Below, piece after piece: positions 8,296-15,903 of a stretch of 24,000 bases of DNA (the stretch's first letter is position 1; each line of letters opens with the position of its first letter). A program made the translations under genes and the position numbers. The notes below the pieces were generated by a model, which made no database searches, was not told where the DNA came from, and was given only the letters and a program-made list of their open reading frames with translations. The DNA is from Chitinophagaceae bacterium (GTDB taxonomy: Bacteria > Bacteroidota > Bacteroidia > Chitinophagales > Chitinophagaceae): assembly GCA_046329665.1 (NCBI GenBank), contig JAXLUG010000020.1:32805-56804 (forward strand), written 5' to 3'.

Positions 8296-8339
8296 CAAAG
8301 ATCACTGCAAAGTTCAGGCATGACGGTGACATTCATGAC
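8296..8339 (-). promoter_or_regulatory. Operator-promoter 2 (cydAB): site GTCATGAATGTCAC (8326-8339, 1 mismatch), 22 nt, then -7 box GATCTTTG (8296-8303)
   Basis: Same phasing as the other seven sites. Lies just downstream of the sqr terminator. About 70 nt of predicted leader. Confidence 0.5.
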
Positions 8340-8369
8340 AAAAAAAACGGCTGCTGAAAAGCAGCCGCT
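8340..8369 (-). terminator. Rho-independent terminator after sqr
   Basis: The minus strand reads GCGGCTGC-TTTTCA-GCAGCCG followed by TTTTTTTT (A-run 8340-8347 on the plus strand). Confidence 0.7.
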
Positions 8370-8390
8370 CAGAATAACCAAAACCAGCTT

Positions 8391-9587
8391 TTACATTTTA
8401 CCGGGCAGTATCTTATGCCAGTAAAGCCAGGGGAGCACCCTTCTTTTCAGCTGGTACATGCTCCATCTTTCCTTGCTTTGGTCAAAGGGGAAGGTTTCAA
8501 TGGGTGTATTGTTATAATCAAATTCACAAAGCACCAGCTTACCGTAACCGGTTACGACCGGGCAGCTGGTATAACCATTATAGCTTGCTTCGGGTTTCCT
8601 GCCTTCCATTACGGCCAGCAGGTTTTTAACCAGTACAGGGGCCTGTTTACGTATGGCGGCACCGGTGCGGGAGGTGGGCAGGGAAGAAGCATCGCCCAGT
8701 GAAAAGATGTTGGGATACTTCACATGCTGTAATGTGTGTTTATCAACATCCACCCAGCCGGCTGTGTTGGCCAGCGAGCTGTTCCGGATAAAATCAGGGG
8801 CACTCTGCGGCGGGGTTACATGTATCATGTCAAAATCCACCCAGTATTCTTTGTCCTTATTCTGCTCGCCAAAGCCCACAAACTTTGCCTTCTTATTCGG
8901 GCCGTCTATTTCAACCAGTTTGGTGAAGAAGTTCATCTGCACTTTATCCCGCTCTGCTACTTTCTTAAAGGTCTTTTCATATTTCTCCACCCCAAAGAGC
9001 CGGGTTCCGCCGCTCCAGTATTGGATCTCGGTCTTGTCAAATACACCCTGTTTTTTAAAATAATCGGCTGCCAGCCACATGATCTTATGCGGGGCACCGC
9101 CACATTTTACCGGTGTATTGGGGTTAGTGAACAAGGCCCTGCCCCCTTTGAATTGGCGGATGCATTCCCAGGTGTAAGGCACATCGTTCACGCTGTAGTT
9201 GGAACATACTCCATTTTTGCCCAGGGTTTCTTTCAGTCCTTTGATCTCGTTCCAGTTTAACTGGATGCCCGGTGCCACGACCAGGTATTCATAGCCCACT
9301 GTATCGCTGTTGTCCAGGGTAATGGTATTGGCTTCCGGCTGAAAGGAAACGGCTTTTTGTTTGAGCCACTTTACTTCTTTGGGCATCACGTCAGCCTCGT
9401 TATGAATGGTGTTCTTCATATTGAACACACCGGCACCCACCAGTGTCCAGGCGGGCTGGTAATAATGTTTGTCGGAGGGCTCGATAATGGCAATATCAAG
9501 TTTCCTGTTTTTGCGGAGCAGTTGTGAAGCGGTGGAGATGCCGGCATTTCCGCCGCCGACGATCACGACCTTGTGTTGGTGCAACAT
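8391..9587 (-). CDS. sqr: Sulfide:quinone oxidoreductase, type II (SQRDL-like FAD flavoprotein)
   Basis: 398 aa. N-terminal VVIVGGGNAGIS dinucleotide fold and HYYQPAWTLVGAGV, typical of type II SQR. Also GAPHKIMW and SLGDASSLPTSRTGAA. Confidence 0.8.
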   Translation of the reverse strand: MLHQHKVVIVGGGNAGISTASQLLRKNRKLDIAIIEPSDKHYYQPAWTLVGAGVFNMKNTIHNEADVMPKEVKWLKQKAVSFQPEANTITLDNSDTVGYEYLVVAPGIQLNWNEIKGLKETLGKNGVCSNYSVNDVPYTWECIRQFKGGRALFTNPNTPVKCGGAPHKIMWLAADYFKKQGVFDKTEIQYWSGGTRLFGVEKYEKTFKKVAERDKVQMNFFTKLVEIDGPNKKAKFVGFGEQNKDKEYWVDFDMIHVTPPQSAPDFIRNSSLANTAGWVDVDKHTLQHVKYPNIFSLGDASSLPTSRTGAAIRKQAPVLVKNLLAVMEGRKPEASYNGYTSCPVVTGYGKLVLCEFDYNNTPIETFPFDQSKERWSMYQLKRRVLPWLYWHKILPGKM

Positions 9588-9606
9588 AGCTGAAATGTTT
9601 ATGCAG

Positions 9607-9650
9607 CTAAGGTAGTTTCAGGAGGAAGGCATAGTGGTGATATTAGTCAC
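9607..9650 (-). promoter_or_regulatory. Operator-promoter 3 (sqr): exact site GTGACTAATATCAC (9637-9650), 22 nt, then -7 box TACCTTAG (9607-9614)
   Basis: Exact GTGA-N6-TCAC palindrome. About 15 nt of predicted leader to the ATG at 9587. Confidence 0.6.
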
Positions 9651-9717
9651 CATGATCCGGTTTATTTTGAAAATCATGCCCCCGTTCCGGTCCGCATGAT
9701 AACAGTCAGTTTTTTTT

Positions 9718-9761
9718 GTGACTTATGTCATTCCCGTCCCTTCCCCCCGCCTTGAAATTTG
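9718..9761 (+). promoter_or_regulatory. Operator-promoter 4 (PDO-rhodanese A): site GTGACTTATGTCAT (9718-9731, 1 mismatch), 22 nt, then -7 box GAAATTTG (9754-9761)
   Basis: Divergent from promoter 3 in the same intergenic region. Predicted leader of about 115 nt to the ATG at 9882. Confidence 0.5.
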
Positions 9762-9881
9762 TTTGCTATAACTGGTGTATAAAAAAAATAAGCTTATGAA
9801 TACTTCCTGTACATCCCGCTGTCCCTGAAAGACCAGCCGCCTTTTACCCAAACCTGATTTATTCATACTAAAAAAAATTTT

Positions 9882-11306
9882 ATGAAAATAGAACAGATCT
9901 ATACCGGTTGTCTTGCCGAAGCCGCCTACTACATCGAAAGTGATGGTGAAGCGGCAATCATTGATCCCTTACGGGAAACAAAACCATACATGGAGCGGGC
10001 GGAACGGAACGGGGCCAGGATCAAATATATTCTTGAAACACACTTTCATGCTGATTTCGTCAGCGGCCATATTGACCTGGCAAAGAAAACAGGCGCCATG
10101 ATCGTCTTCGGTCCGACCGCTGCTCCCGGATATGATGCACATGTGGCCAGGGATGGCGAGGAACTGACCCTGGGAAAAGTCAAGTTCAGGGTACTGCATA
10201 CACCGGGCCATACAATGGAATCGACCACTTATTTACTGATGGATGAAAACGGGAAGGAGAACTCCATTTTCACCGGCGACACCTTATTCATCGGGGATGT
10301 GGGAAGGCCCGACCTGGTTCAAAAGGTAAAGGCGGAAGTGACACCACAACTGCTGGCCGGTCACTTATTTGATTCACTCCGCCACAAGATCATGCGGCTG
10401 CCGGATGATGTTATTGTATATCCGGGCCATGGTGCCGGCAGTGCCTGCGGCAAGAATATGAGCCGGGAGACAACCGATACCCTGGGCCACCAGAAGAAAG
10501 TGAATTACGCCCTGCGGGCCGGTATGACGAAGGAGGAATTCATCAAAGAAGTGACGGACGGGCTGGTGGAGCCCCCGCAATATTTTCCCTTTAATGTGCT
10601 GATGAACCTGAAAGGAGGCATTGACAGTATTGATGCCATCATCGAAAGAGGAAGCAAACCGCTTACGGCCCGTGAATTTCAAACGGCCTGGGAGAGCCTG
10701 GAAACCCTGGTGATCGATACAAGGAGCAAGGATGCCTTTGCCGCCGAACACATACCCGGTTCGGTCTTCATCGGTATCGATGACAATTTTGCCCCCTGGG
10801 CCGGCACCCTGATCACCAATTTGAAGCAGCCCATTCTTTTTATAGCAGAGGAGGGAAGGGAAGAAGAAGTGATCACCCGGCTGGCCAGAGTGGGATATGA
10901 TAACACAATGGGTTATCTGAAAGGCAGTATCTGGGCCTGGAAAGAAGCCGGTTTTGAAACCAGCTCGCTGGAAGAGACCGATGCGGAATCATTTGCTGCC
11001 CTTTACGAGAGCGGGATCGAAAAGATCAACCTGCTGGATGCAAGAAGAAAAAGCGAATATGATTCGGAACACCTGATGGGGGCCGAAAATTTCCCGCTTG
11101 ACTTTATCAACCAAAATATGGCGCAGCTGGACCGGAATAAAAAATATTATATCCATTGTGCGGGGGGGTACCGTTCTGTGATCATGTGCTCTATCCTTCG
11201 GGCGAGAGGATATGAGAAGGTGGTGAACATACGGGGCGGGTACAAATCCCTCAGCCAGACCGGCCTGAGAAAAACCAAGTACGTGGAGCCCACTACAATG
11301 CTCTGA
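9882..11306 (+). CDS. Persulfide dioxygenase (MBL fold, ETHE1-like) fused to a Cys-less rhodanese-like domain and a catalytic C-terminal rhodanese (CstB-like), paralog A
   Basis: 474 aa. ETHFHADFVSGH metal motif, HTPGHT and GDTLFIGDVGRPDL. The middle rhodanese-like domain has no Cys in its loop (FIAEEGREEEV). The C-terminal active-site loop is YYIHCAGGYRS. Confidence 0.8.
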   Translation: MKIEQIYTGCLAEAAYYIESDGEAAIIDPLRETKPYMERAERNGARIKYILETHFHADFVSGHIDLAKKTGAMIVFGPTAAPGYDAHVARDGEELTLGKVKFRVLHTPGHTMESTTYLLMDENGKENSIFTGDTLFIGDVGRPDLVQKVKAEVTPQLLAGHLFDSLRHKIMRLPDDVIVYPGHGAGSACGKNMSRETTDTLGHQKKVNYALRAGMTKEEFIKEVTDGLVEPPQYFPFNVLMNLKGGIDSIDAIIERGSKPLTAREFQTAWESLETLVIDTRSKDAFAAEHIPGSVFIGIDDNFAPWAGTLITNLKQPILFIAEEGREEEVITRLARVGYDNTMGYLKGSIWAWKEAGFETSSLEETDAESFAALYESGIEKINLLDARRKSEYDSEHLMGAENFPLDFINQNMAQLDRNKKYYIHCAGGYRSVIMCSILRARGYEKVVNIRGGYKSLSQTGLRKTKYVEPTTML

Positions 11307-11331
11307 TCCGTCAGCGTAAATAATAGGTAAG

Positions 11332-11360
11332 GCCGGCCCCGTTGCGGGCCGGCTTTTTTT
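11332..11360 (+). terminator. Rho-independent terminator after PDO-rhodanese A
   Basis: GCCGGCCC (11332-11339) pairs with GGGCCGGC (11346-11353), followed by T7 (11354-11360). Confidence 0.75.
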
Positions 11361-11404
11361 GTGATAACCGTCACAGGGCATTCCGGGCAATACGGGTACA
11401 TTTG
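11361..11404 (+). promoter_or_regulatory. Operator-promoter 5 (thioredoxin 2): exact site GTGATAACCGTCAC (11361-11374; full TGTGA-N6-TCACA with flanks), 22 nt, then perfect -7 box TACATTTG (11397-11404)
   Basis: The best match to both consensus elements. About 15 nt of predicted leader to the ATG at 11424. Confidence 0.65.
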
Positions 11405-11423
11405 TTGTTTAATAAAGTAAACT

Positions 11424-11792
11424 ATGGCTACAATAAAAATGACCACGCAGGATTTTAAAGACAAGGTCTTTAATTATGAAACAGAGCAGGACTGGAAATA
11501 CCAGGGAGCGCTTCCTGCTATTATCGACTTTTATGCTGACTGGTGTGGCCCCTGCCGTATGGTAGCCCCGATTCTGGAAGAATTATCCAACGAATATGAT
11601 GGTAAGCTGGTGATCTATAAAGTGGATACGGATGCTGAACAGGAGCTTTCCGCTGTGTTTGGTATCCGCAGCATCCCTACCATGCTCTTTATCGGCGCAG
11701 ATGGCGAGCCGATGATGCAGCCGGGCGCCTTGCCAAAGCATGTGCTTCGCCAGGTGATCGAAGAAAAGATGCTTGTAAAAAAGGCCGGTTAA
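11424..11792 (+). CDS. Thioredoxin (WCGPC), 122 aa
   Basis: IIDFYADWCGPCRMVAPILEEL and ...IRSIPTMLFI. Confidence 0.9.
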   Translation: MATIKMTTQDFKDKVFNYETEQDWKYQGALPAIIDFYADWCGPCRMVAPILEELSNEYDGKLVIYKVDTDAEQELSAVFGIRSIPTMLFIGADGEPMMQPGALPKHVLRQVIEEKMLVKKAG

Positions 11793-11808
11793 CACAACCG
11801 GCCTTTTT
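11777..11808. terminator. Bidirectional terminator between convergent trx and YeeE-like genes
   Basis: A6, then GGCCGGTT (11783-11790), loop AACAC, AACCGGCC (11796-11803), then T5. Confidence 0.7.
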
Positions 11809-11831
11809 GATCAGCTAATGCAGTCCTGCTG

Positions 11832-12377
11832 TTAATGCGGCAGGCTGCTTCTGAACCGGCCGTATACCCAGGTTCCGATAATAGCGCTGAATAAGGTGAC
11901 GATCACAGCCAGCGCACCGGTACCGATCTGGGCATACAACGGGCCCGGGCAGGCGCCGGTCAATGCCCAGCCTGTTCCGAAGATCAGGCCGCCATATACC
12001 TGGCCTTTATTGAATTTTTTTGGTTCGAGCCTGATCTCTTCGCCGTCAAGGGACTTTAGTTTGAATCGTTTGATCAGGAATACACTGATGATCCCGACCA
12101 CCACGGCAGAACCGATGACACCAAACATATGGAAACTCTGCAGCCGGAACATTTCCTGGATACGGAACCAGGAGATCACCTGCGATTTCACCAGGATGAT
12201 ACCAAACAACATCCCGGCCACGGCATATTTTATTTTTGCAACAAGTGGCTTATCAAGCGTGGAATGATTCACACACATGGCATGTTCGGAACGTACTTCG
12301 TAATCTGTATTTACCTGCTGGGCCACGAAGGGCTTTTCACTGGCAGCAATTTCCGGGCTTATATTTTTAACTGACAT
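11832..12377 (-). CDS. YeeE/YedE-family sulfur-compound transporter half (second of a pair)
   Basis: FGIILVKSQVISWFRIQEMFRLQSFHMFGVIGSAV and the GWALTGACPGP motif. The N-terminal 40 aa may be an over-extension; an alternative start is M34. Confidence 0.7.
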   Translation of the reverse strand: MSVKNISPEIAASEKPFVAQQVNTDYEVRSEHAMCVNHSTLDKPLVAKIKYAVAGMLFGIILVKSQVISWFRIQEMFRLQSFHMFGVIGSAVVVGIISVFLIKRFKLKSLDGEEIRLEPKKFNKGQVYGGLIFGTGWALTGACPGPLYAQIGTGALAVIVTLFSAIIGTWVYGRFRSSLPH

Positions 12378-12392
12378 AGTAAAGGATAAAAG

Positions 12393-12956
12393 TTAGAGAT
12401 GTAAAATATAGGGCAGCACCAGGTTGGCGGCGGCAAACCCGCCTGCCATAAAACAACAGGTGGCTACCAGGGAAGGCCATTGAAGGTTGCTTAGCCCCAT
12501 GATTGAATGTCCTGAAGTACACCCGCCGGCATACCGGGTGCCGAAGCCCACAAGAAAGCCACCCGCCACCATCAACACAACCCCTCTGGGTGTCAGCAGG
12601 GCCTGCCACGAAAAAAGATCACCCGGTACCAGCCCCTCGTAATGCGTAATTCCATAACCATTCAGTTCGGCCACCAGCTTCGGGTTTACTTTGATGGGAT
12701 TAGGGTCAGCCAGGAACTTTGCGGCCAGTATCCCGCCTATAATGATACCTCCGGCGAAAAATAGATTCCAGACCTCTTTTTTCCAGTCATATTTGAAAAA
12801 AGGAACATTGGAAGGTGCGCAGGCGGCGCAAACATGCCGGAGAGAGGAAGAAATACCAAACGATTTATTACCAAGGAGAAGCAGAAGCGGTACCGTTAAC
12901 CCGATCAATGGCCCGGCTACGTACCAGGGCCAGGGTTGTCTGAGCCATTCAAGCAT
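12393..12956 (-). CDS. YeeE/YedE-family sulfur-compound transporter half (first of a pair)
   Basis: The start is taken at MLEWLRQPWPWYVAGPLIGL (ATG 12956), not the track's 13148. The RYAGGCTSGH motif is present. Confidence 0.75.
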   Translation of the reverse strand: MLEWLRQPWPWYVAGPLIGLTVPLLLLLGNKSFGISSSLRHVCAACAPSNVPFFKYDWKKEVWNLFFAGGIIIGGILAAKFLADPNPIKVNPKLVAELNGYGITHYEGLVPGDLFSWQALLTPRGVVLMVAGGFLVGFGTRYAGGCTSGHSIMGLSNLQWPSLVATCCFMAGGFAAANLVLPYILHL

Positions 12957-12969
12957 AGTTGATTTTTTA

Positions 12970-13013
12970 CAAAGGTCAATATACGGAAAGCGGGGGCAGG
13001 TGACTTTTGTTAC
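12970..13013 (-). promoter_or_regulatory. Operator-promoter 6 (internal, YeeE pair): site GTAACAAAAGTCAC (13000-13013, 1 mismatch), 22 nt, then -7 box GACCTTTG (12970-12977)
   Basis: Same phasing as the other sites. The operator overlaps the stop codon (13010-13012) of the upstream barrel gene. About 9 nt of predicted leader. Confidence 0.5.
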
Positions 13014-13735
13014 CGGGAAAAAGAAGAATTTTTCCCGAACCGGAGATTCAACTGGATATATAGCTGGTTGCGGTGGAATGTCCGGGTATTGCTTTTTTGC
13101 AGTACCCACTGGTAACCTGCGTCGAGGCTGGTGCCCTGGTGTACCCATTGTAAGCCGCCATAGATCCGTTCCTGGTCGAAAAGGACGGGATACTTGTCTT
13201 TTTTTACCATCACTTCATTATAGAAGGTGGCGGACAAGGCCTGCTTGTTTTTTACTGAAAAAAGCGGAACCGAGAGGCTGTTCTGCAACCGCAGTCTTAC
13301 CTGGGTAAAGTGCAGCGGATCGTTGTATTGGATAAAACGTTCTTCCACCAGCAGCCGGTTTTTATTTTTAACCGACCGGTGGCCGATCGTTTTCAATACA
13401 CCGCCGGTGAGGCGGATCTCTTCTGTTTCCCTCAGATCGCCTTTTGCGTCTGCAATATCATTGTTTCGGAGCCAGGCAAATGGGGAAAGGAGAAGCGTCC
13501 AGTTTTCCGGAAGTTGGTAATACACCCACAGGCGGGCAAGGTTTCCCAACGGGTAATGAAAAATATTCTTATCGCCGTTCCGGTAGTTCGCCTGGCTTCG
13601 GTGCAGCAGATCCAGGCCGGCCGACCAGTGTTTATCCAGCAGGACGGTGGTATTCACCCTTACCCAGCATTCATGTCTTGTTTGTGAAGCGGCAAGAAGG
13701 GGGAGTACCGTAACCAGGAGCAGCCATCGTTTCAT
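13010..13735 (-). CDS. Putative outer-membrane beta-barrel protein (DUF2490-like) with signal peptide
   Basis: Signal peptide MKRWLLLVTVLPLLAASQ. Alternating-polarity strands, RLLVEERF, and a C-terminal ...YIQLNLRF aromatic end region. The start overlaps the rhodanese stop by 1 nt. Confidence 0.5.
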   Translation of the reverse strand: MKRWLLLVTVLPLLAASQTRHECWVRVNTTVLLDKHWSAGLDLLHRSQANYRNGDKNIFHYPLGNLARLWVYYQLPENWTLLLSPFAWLRNNDIADAKGDLRETEEIRLTGGVLKTIGHRSVKNKNRLLVEERFIQYNDPLHFTQVRLRLQNSLSVPLFSVKNKQALSATFYNEVMVKKDKYPVLFDQERIYGGLQWVHQGTSLDAGYQWVLQKSNTRTFHRNQLYIQLNLRFGKNSSFSR

Positions 13736-14046
13736 CAGGCTATTTTATGCTGAAGACGGGTCCAGGGCCCCCCATTATACACTTCAATACCGGCTGACCG
13801 GAGGATGTTCCTGGCCATACCGCTCCGGGCGCCGCTCCGGCAGACCGTGATCACCGGTTTATTGATCTTTTTCAGCTCTGCGACTTTGCTCCGGATATTA
13901 TCCAGCGGAAAATTCTTCGATCCTTTGATGTGCCCGCTTTTATATTCTGCCGCAGAACGTACATCAACAATGATGGCGCCTTTACTTACCAGTTCCCTGA
14001 GGTCGACAGCCGTGCCGCCAAAGATCTTCTTCAGAAATCCTATCAT
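13735..14046 (-). CDS. Single-domain rhodanese sulfurtransferase
   Basis: 103 aa with IIVDVRSAAEYKSGHIKGS and the active-site loop VCRSGARS. Confidence 0.85.
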   Translation of the reverse strand: MIGFLKKIFGGTAVDLRELVSKGAIIVDVRSAAEYKSGHIKGSKNFPLDNIRSKVAELKKINKPVITVCRSGARSGMARNILRSAGIEVYNGGPWTRLQHKIA

Positions 14047-14052
14047 GATTGT

Positions 14053-14334
14053 TTAGTTTAAGAGTGATTGCATATCGGTTAAGCCGCCGCCGTTATAGAT
14101 ATCGGTCAGCCCGCTTTGCCGGAGCAGTTGTACCGCCATACCGCTTCTGTTGCCGCTCCGGCAATAGAGTACTACCGGTTTATTGATGGCTTTGAGGTCG
14201 CCGGATTTACCATATATATCTTCCAGCGGGATGTTCATGGCGCCGGGTATGTGTTCCATATCAAATTCCCAGGGGCTCCTTACATCCACGATCAGTGTGT
14301 TCGGATCATTTACGAGTTGTTTAATCGTATTCAT
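14053..14334 (-). CDS. Single-domain rhodanese sulfurtransferase
   Basis: 93 aa with IVDVRSPWEFDMEHIPGA and the active-site loop YCRSGNRS. Confidence 0.85.
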   Translation of the reverse strand: MNTIKQLVNDPNTLIVDVRSPWEFDMEHIPGAMNIPLEDIYGKSGDLKAINKPVVLYCRSGNRSGMAVQLLRQSGLTDIYNGGGLTDMQSLLN

Positions 14335-14409
14335 AGAAAAAAATTTTTTAAAGGAAGGGCCGGGGTTGAACCCGGCGCAAGGAATCGTTGTTCTTAGCCG
14401 GCTGCTGGT

Positions 14410-15828
14410 TTAAAGTAGGGTGGAAGGGCATACATAATCAGTAAGGGTAAATTTCCCGCTCTCCTTTATTGCCTTGAACCCTCCTTTTACATCAATCAGT
14501 TTGTCGTACCCCCTTGCCCGGAGGATCGACGTGAAGATCATGGAGCGGTAACCACCGGCACAATGAACATAATAGGTTTTGTTTTTATCGAGCTGTGCCA
14601 TGCTGTCGTTGATGAAATCAAGCGGGGCATTCTCCGCATCGGGGATATGCTCGCTCTGGAACTCACTTTTTTTACGGACGTCCAGGATATTCACTTCCTG
14701 TTTTTTCATCAGTCCTGCCAGTTCATCAGCGCTAACGGAAAGGATATGGTCTGTTTCTTTTCCGGCCGCCTTCCAGGCGCTGAAACCCCCTTTCAGGTAC
14801 CCGATCGTATGATCATACCCCACTCTGGCCAAACGGGTGATCACTTCTTCTTCACGGCCCTCATCGGTGATCAGCAGTATTTCCTGTTTGATATCAGGGA
14901 TCATCGCCCCTACCCAGGGGGCAAACTGTCCGTCGATGCCAATATTGACAGCGTTCGGGATAAATCCTTCAGCGAAGGTTTGCGGTGCTCTTGTATCAAG
15001 TACCAGGGCACCGGTTTCGTTGGCGGCGGCTTCAAAAGCATCGGGGCTTAAGGCATGCTGGCCTCTTTCAAGCACCTTGTCAATGCTTTCATATCCCTGG
15101 ATGTTCAGCATTACATTCAGCGGAAAATAGGCCGGGGGCGCCACAAGCCCGGTGGTTACTTCCCTGATGAATTCCTCTTTGGTCATATCAGCCCGGAGTG
15201 CATAGTTGGTTTCCTTCTGGTGACCAAGTGTATCCGTTGTTTCCTTACTCATGTTCTTGCCACAGGCACTTCCGGCACCGTGGGCCGGATACACGATAAT
15301 ATCATCTGCCAGCGGCATGATCTTACTGCGCAAAGAATCAAAAAGATAACCGGCGAGTTTATCCTGGGTGAGATCGGCCACTACTTTCTGGGCAAGATCA
15401 GGTCTGCCTACATCGCCTATAAAGAGTGTATCACCTGAAAACAGCCCTGCTGCTTTCCCGTTTTCATCGCGGAGCAGGAAACAGCTGCTTTCCATGGTAT
15501 GACCGGGCGTATGTAATACCTGCAGTGTAACATGGCCTACTTTGAATTCCTGCCCATCCGTGGCAATAATGGCATCAAAAGCCGGTCTGGCACCCGGGCC
15601 GTATACGATCGGGGCACCGGTTTTTTTGGACAGGTCAAGATGACCGCTGACAAAATCGGCGTGAAAGTGGGTTTCAAAGACATATTTAATCCGGGCATTA
15701 TTACTTTCTGCTTTATGGAGGTAGGGCTCCACTTCCCGGAGCGGATCGATGATCACGGCTTCACCATTGCTTTCGATGTAATAGGCTCCTTGTGCAAGGC
15801 AGCCGGTGTAGATCTGTTCAACTTTCAT
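14410..15828 (-). CDS. Persulfide dioxygenase-rhodanese fusion (CstB-like), paralog B
   Basis: 472 aa, colinear with paralog A (roughly two-thirds identical by eye). ETHFHADFVSGH, HGAGSACGKNMS, Cys-less middle loop LITDEGREEEV, and C-terminal loop YYVHCAGGYRS. Confidence 0.8.
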   Translation of the reverse strand: MKVEQIYTGCLAQGAYYIESNGEAVIIDPLREVEPYLHKAESNNARIKYVFETHFHADFVSGHLDLSKKTGAPIVYGPGARPAFDAIIATDGQEFKVGHVTLQVLHTPGHTMESSCFLLRDENGKAAGLFSGDTLFIGDVGRPDLAQKVVADLTQDKLAGYLFDSLRSKIMPLADDIIVYPAHGAGSACGKNMSKETTDTLGHQKETNYALRADMTKEEFIREVTTGLVAPPAYFPLNVMLNIQGYESIDKVLERGQHALSPDAFEAAANETGALVLDTRAPQTFAEGFIPNAVNIGIDGQFAPWVGAMIPDIKQEILLITDEGREEEVITRLARVGYDHTIGYLKGGFSAWKAAGKETDHILSVSADELAGLMKKQEVNILDVRKKSEFQSEHIPDAENAPLDFINDSMAQLDKNKTYYVHCAGGYRSMIFTSILRARGYDKLIDVKGGFKAIKESGKFTLTDYVCPSTLL

Positions 15829-15845
15829 CTTTGATTAATTTGAAG

Positions 15846-15889
15846 CAAATTTCTGTCTGTGTGCAGAACCTGACAGTGACTAGCATCAC
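15846..15889 (-). promoter_or_regulatory. Operator-promoter 7 (PDO-rhodanese B operon): exact site GTGATGCTAGTCAC (15876-15889), 22 nt, then -7 box GAAATTTG (15846-15853)
   Basis: Exact palindrome. Shares an identical 18-mer core with promoter 1. About 13 nt of predicted leader. Confidence 0.65.
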
Positions 15890-15903
15890 AATCACCGGGG
15901 GCG

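Noticed and set aside
8219-8332. N-terminal extensions in track ORFs: cydA to 8332, CPBP to 1269, YeeE half to 13148 and gldJ to 20400.
   Set aside because: The extensions have no family-like sequence. They overlap upstream genes or the operator and promoter elements. Internal ATGs give canonical N-termini: MDTEILSRLQF, the ATGA-coupled MSRRQ, MLEWLRQPWPWY, and the lipobox MKVKNL...SC.
14359-14376. Hairpin GCCGGG-N6-CCCGGC between PDO-rhodanese B and the first rhodanese, considered as a terminator or attenuator.
   Set aside because: On the transcribed strand the T-run starts about 10 nt after the stem, so this is not a canonical intrinsic terminator. No operator-promoter follows it, so read-through into the rhodaneses seems more likely. 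It could still be an mRNA processing or stability element.
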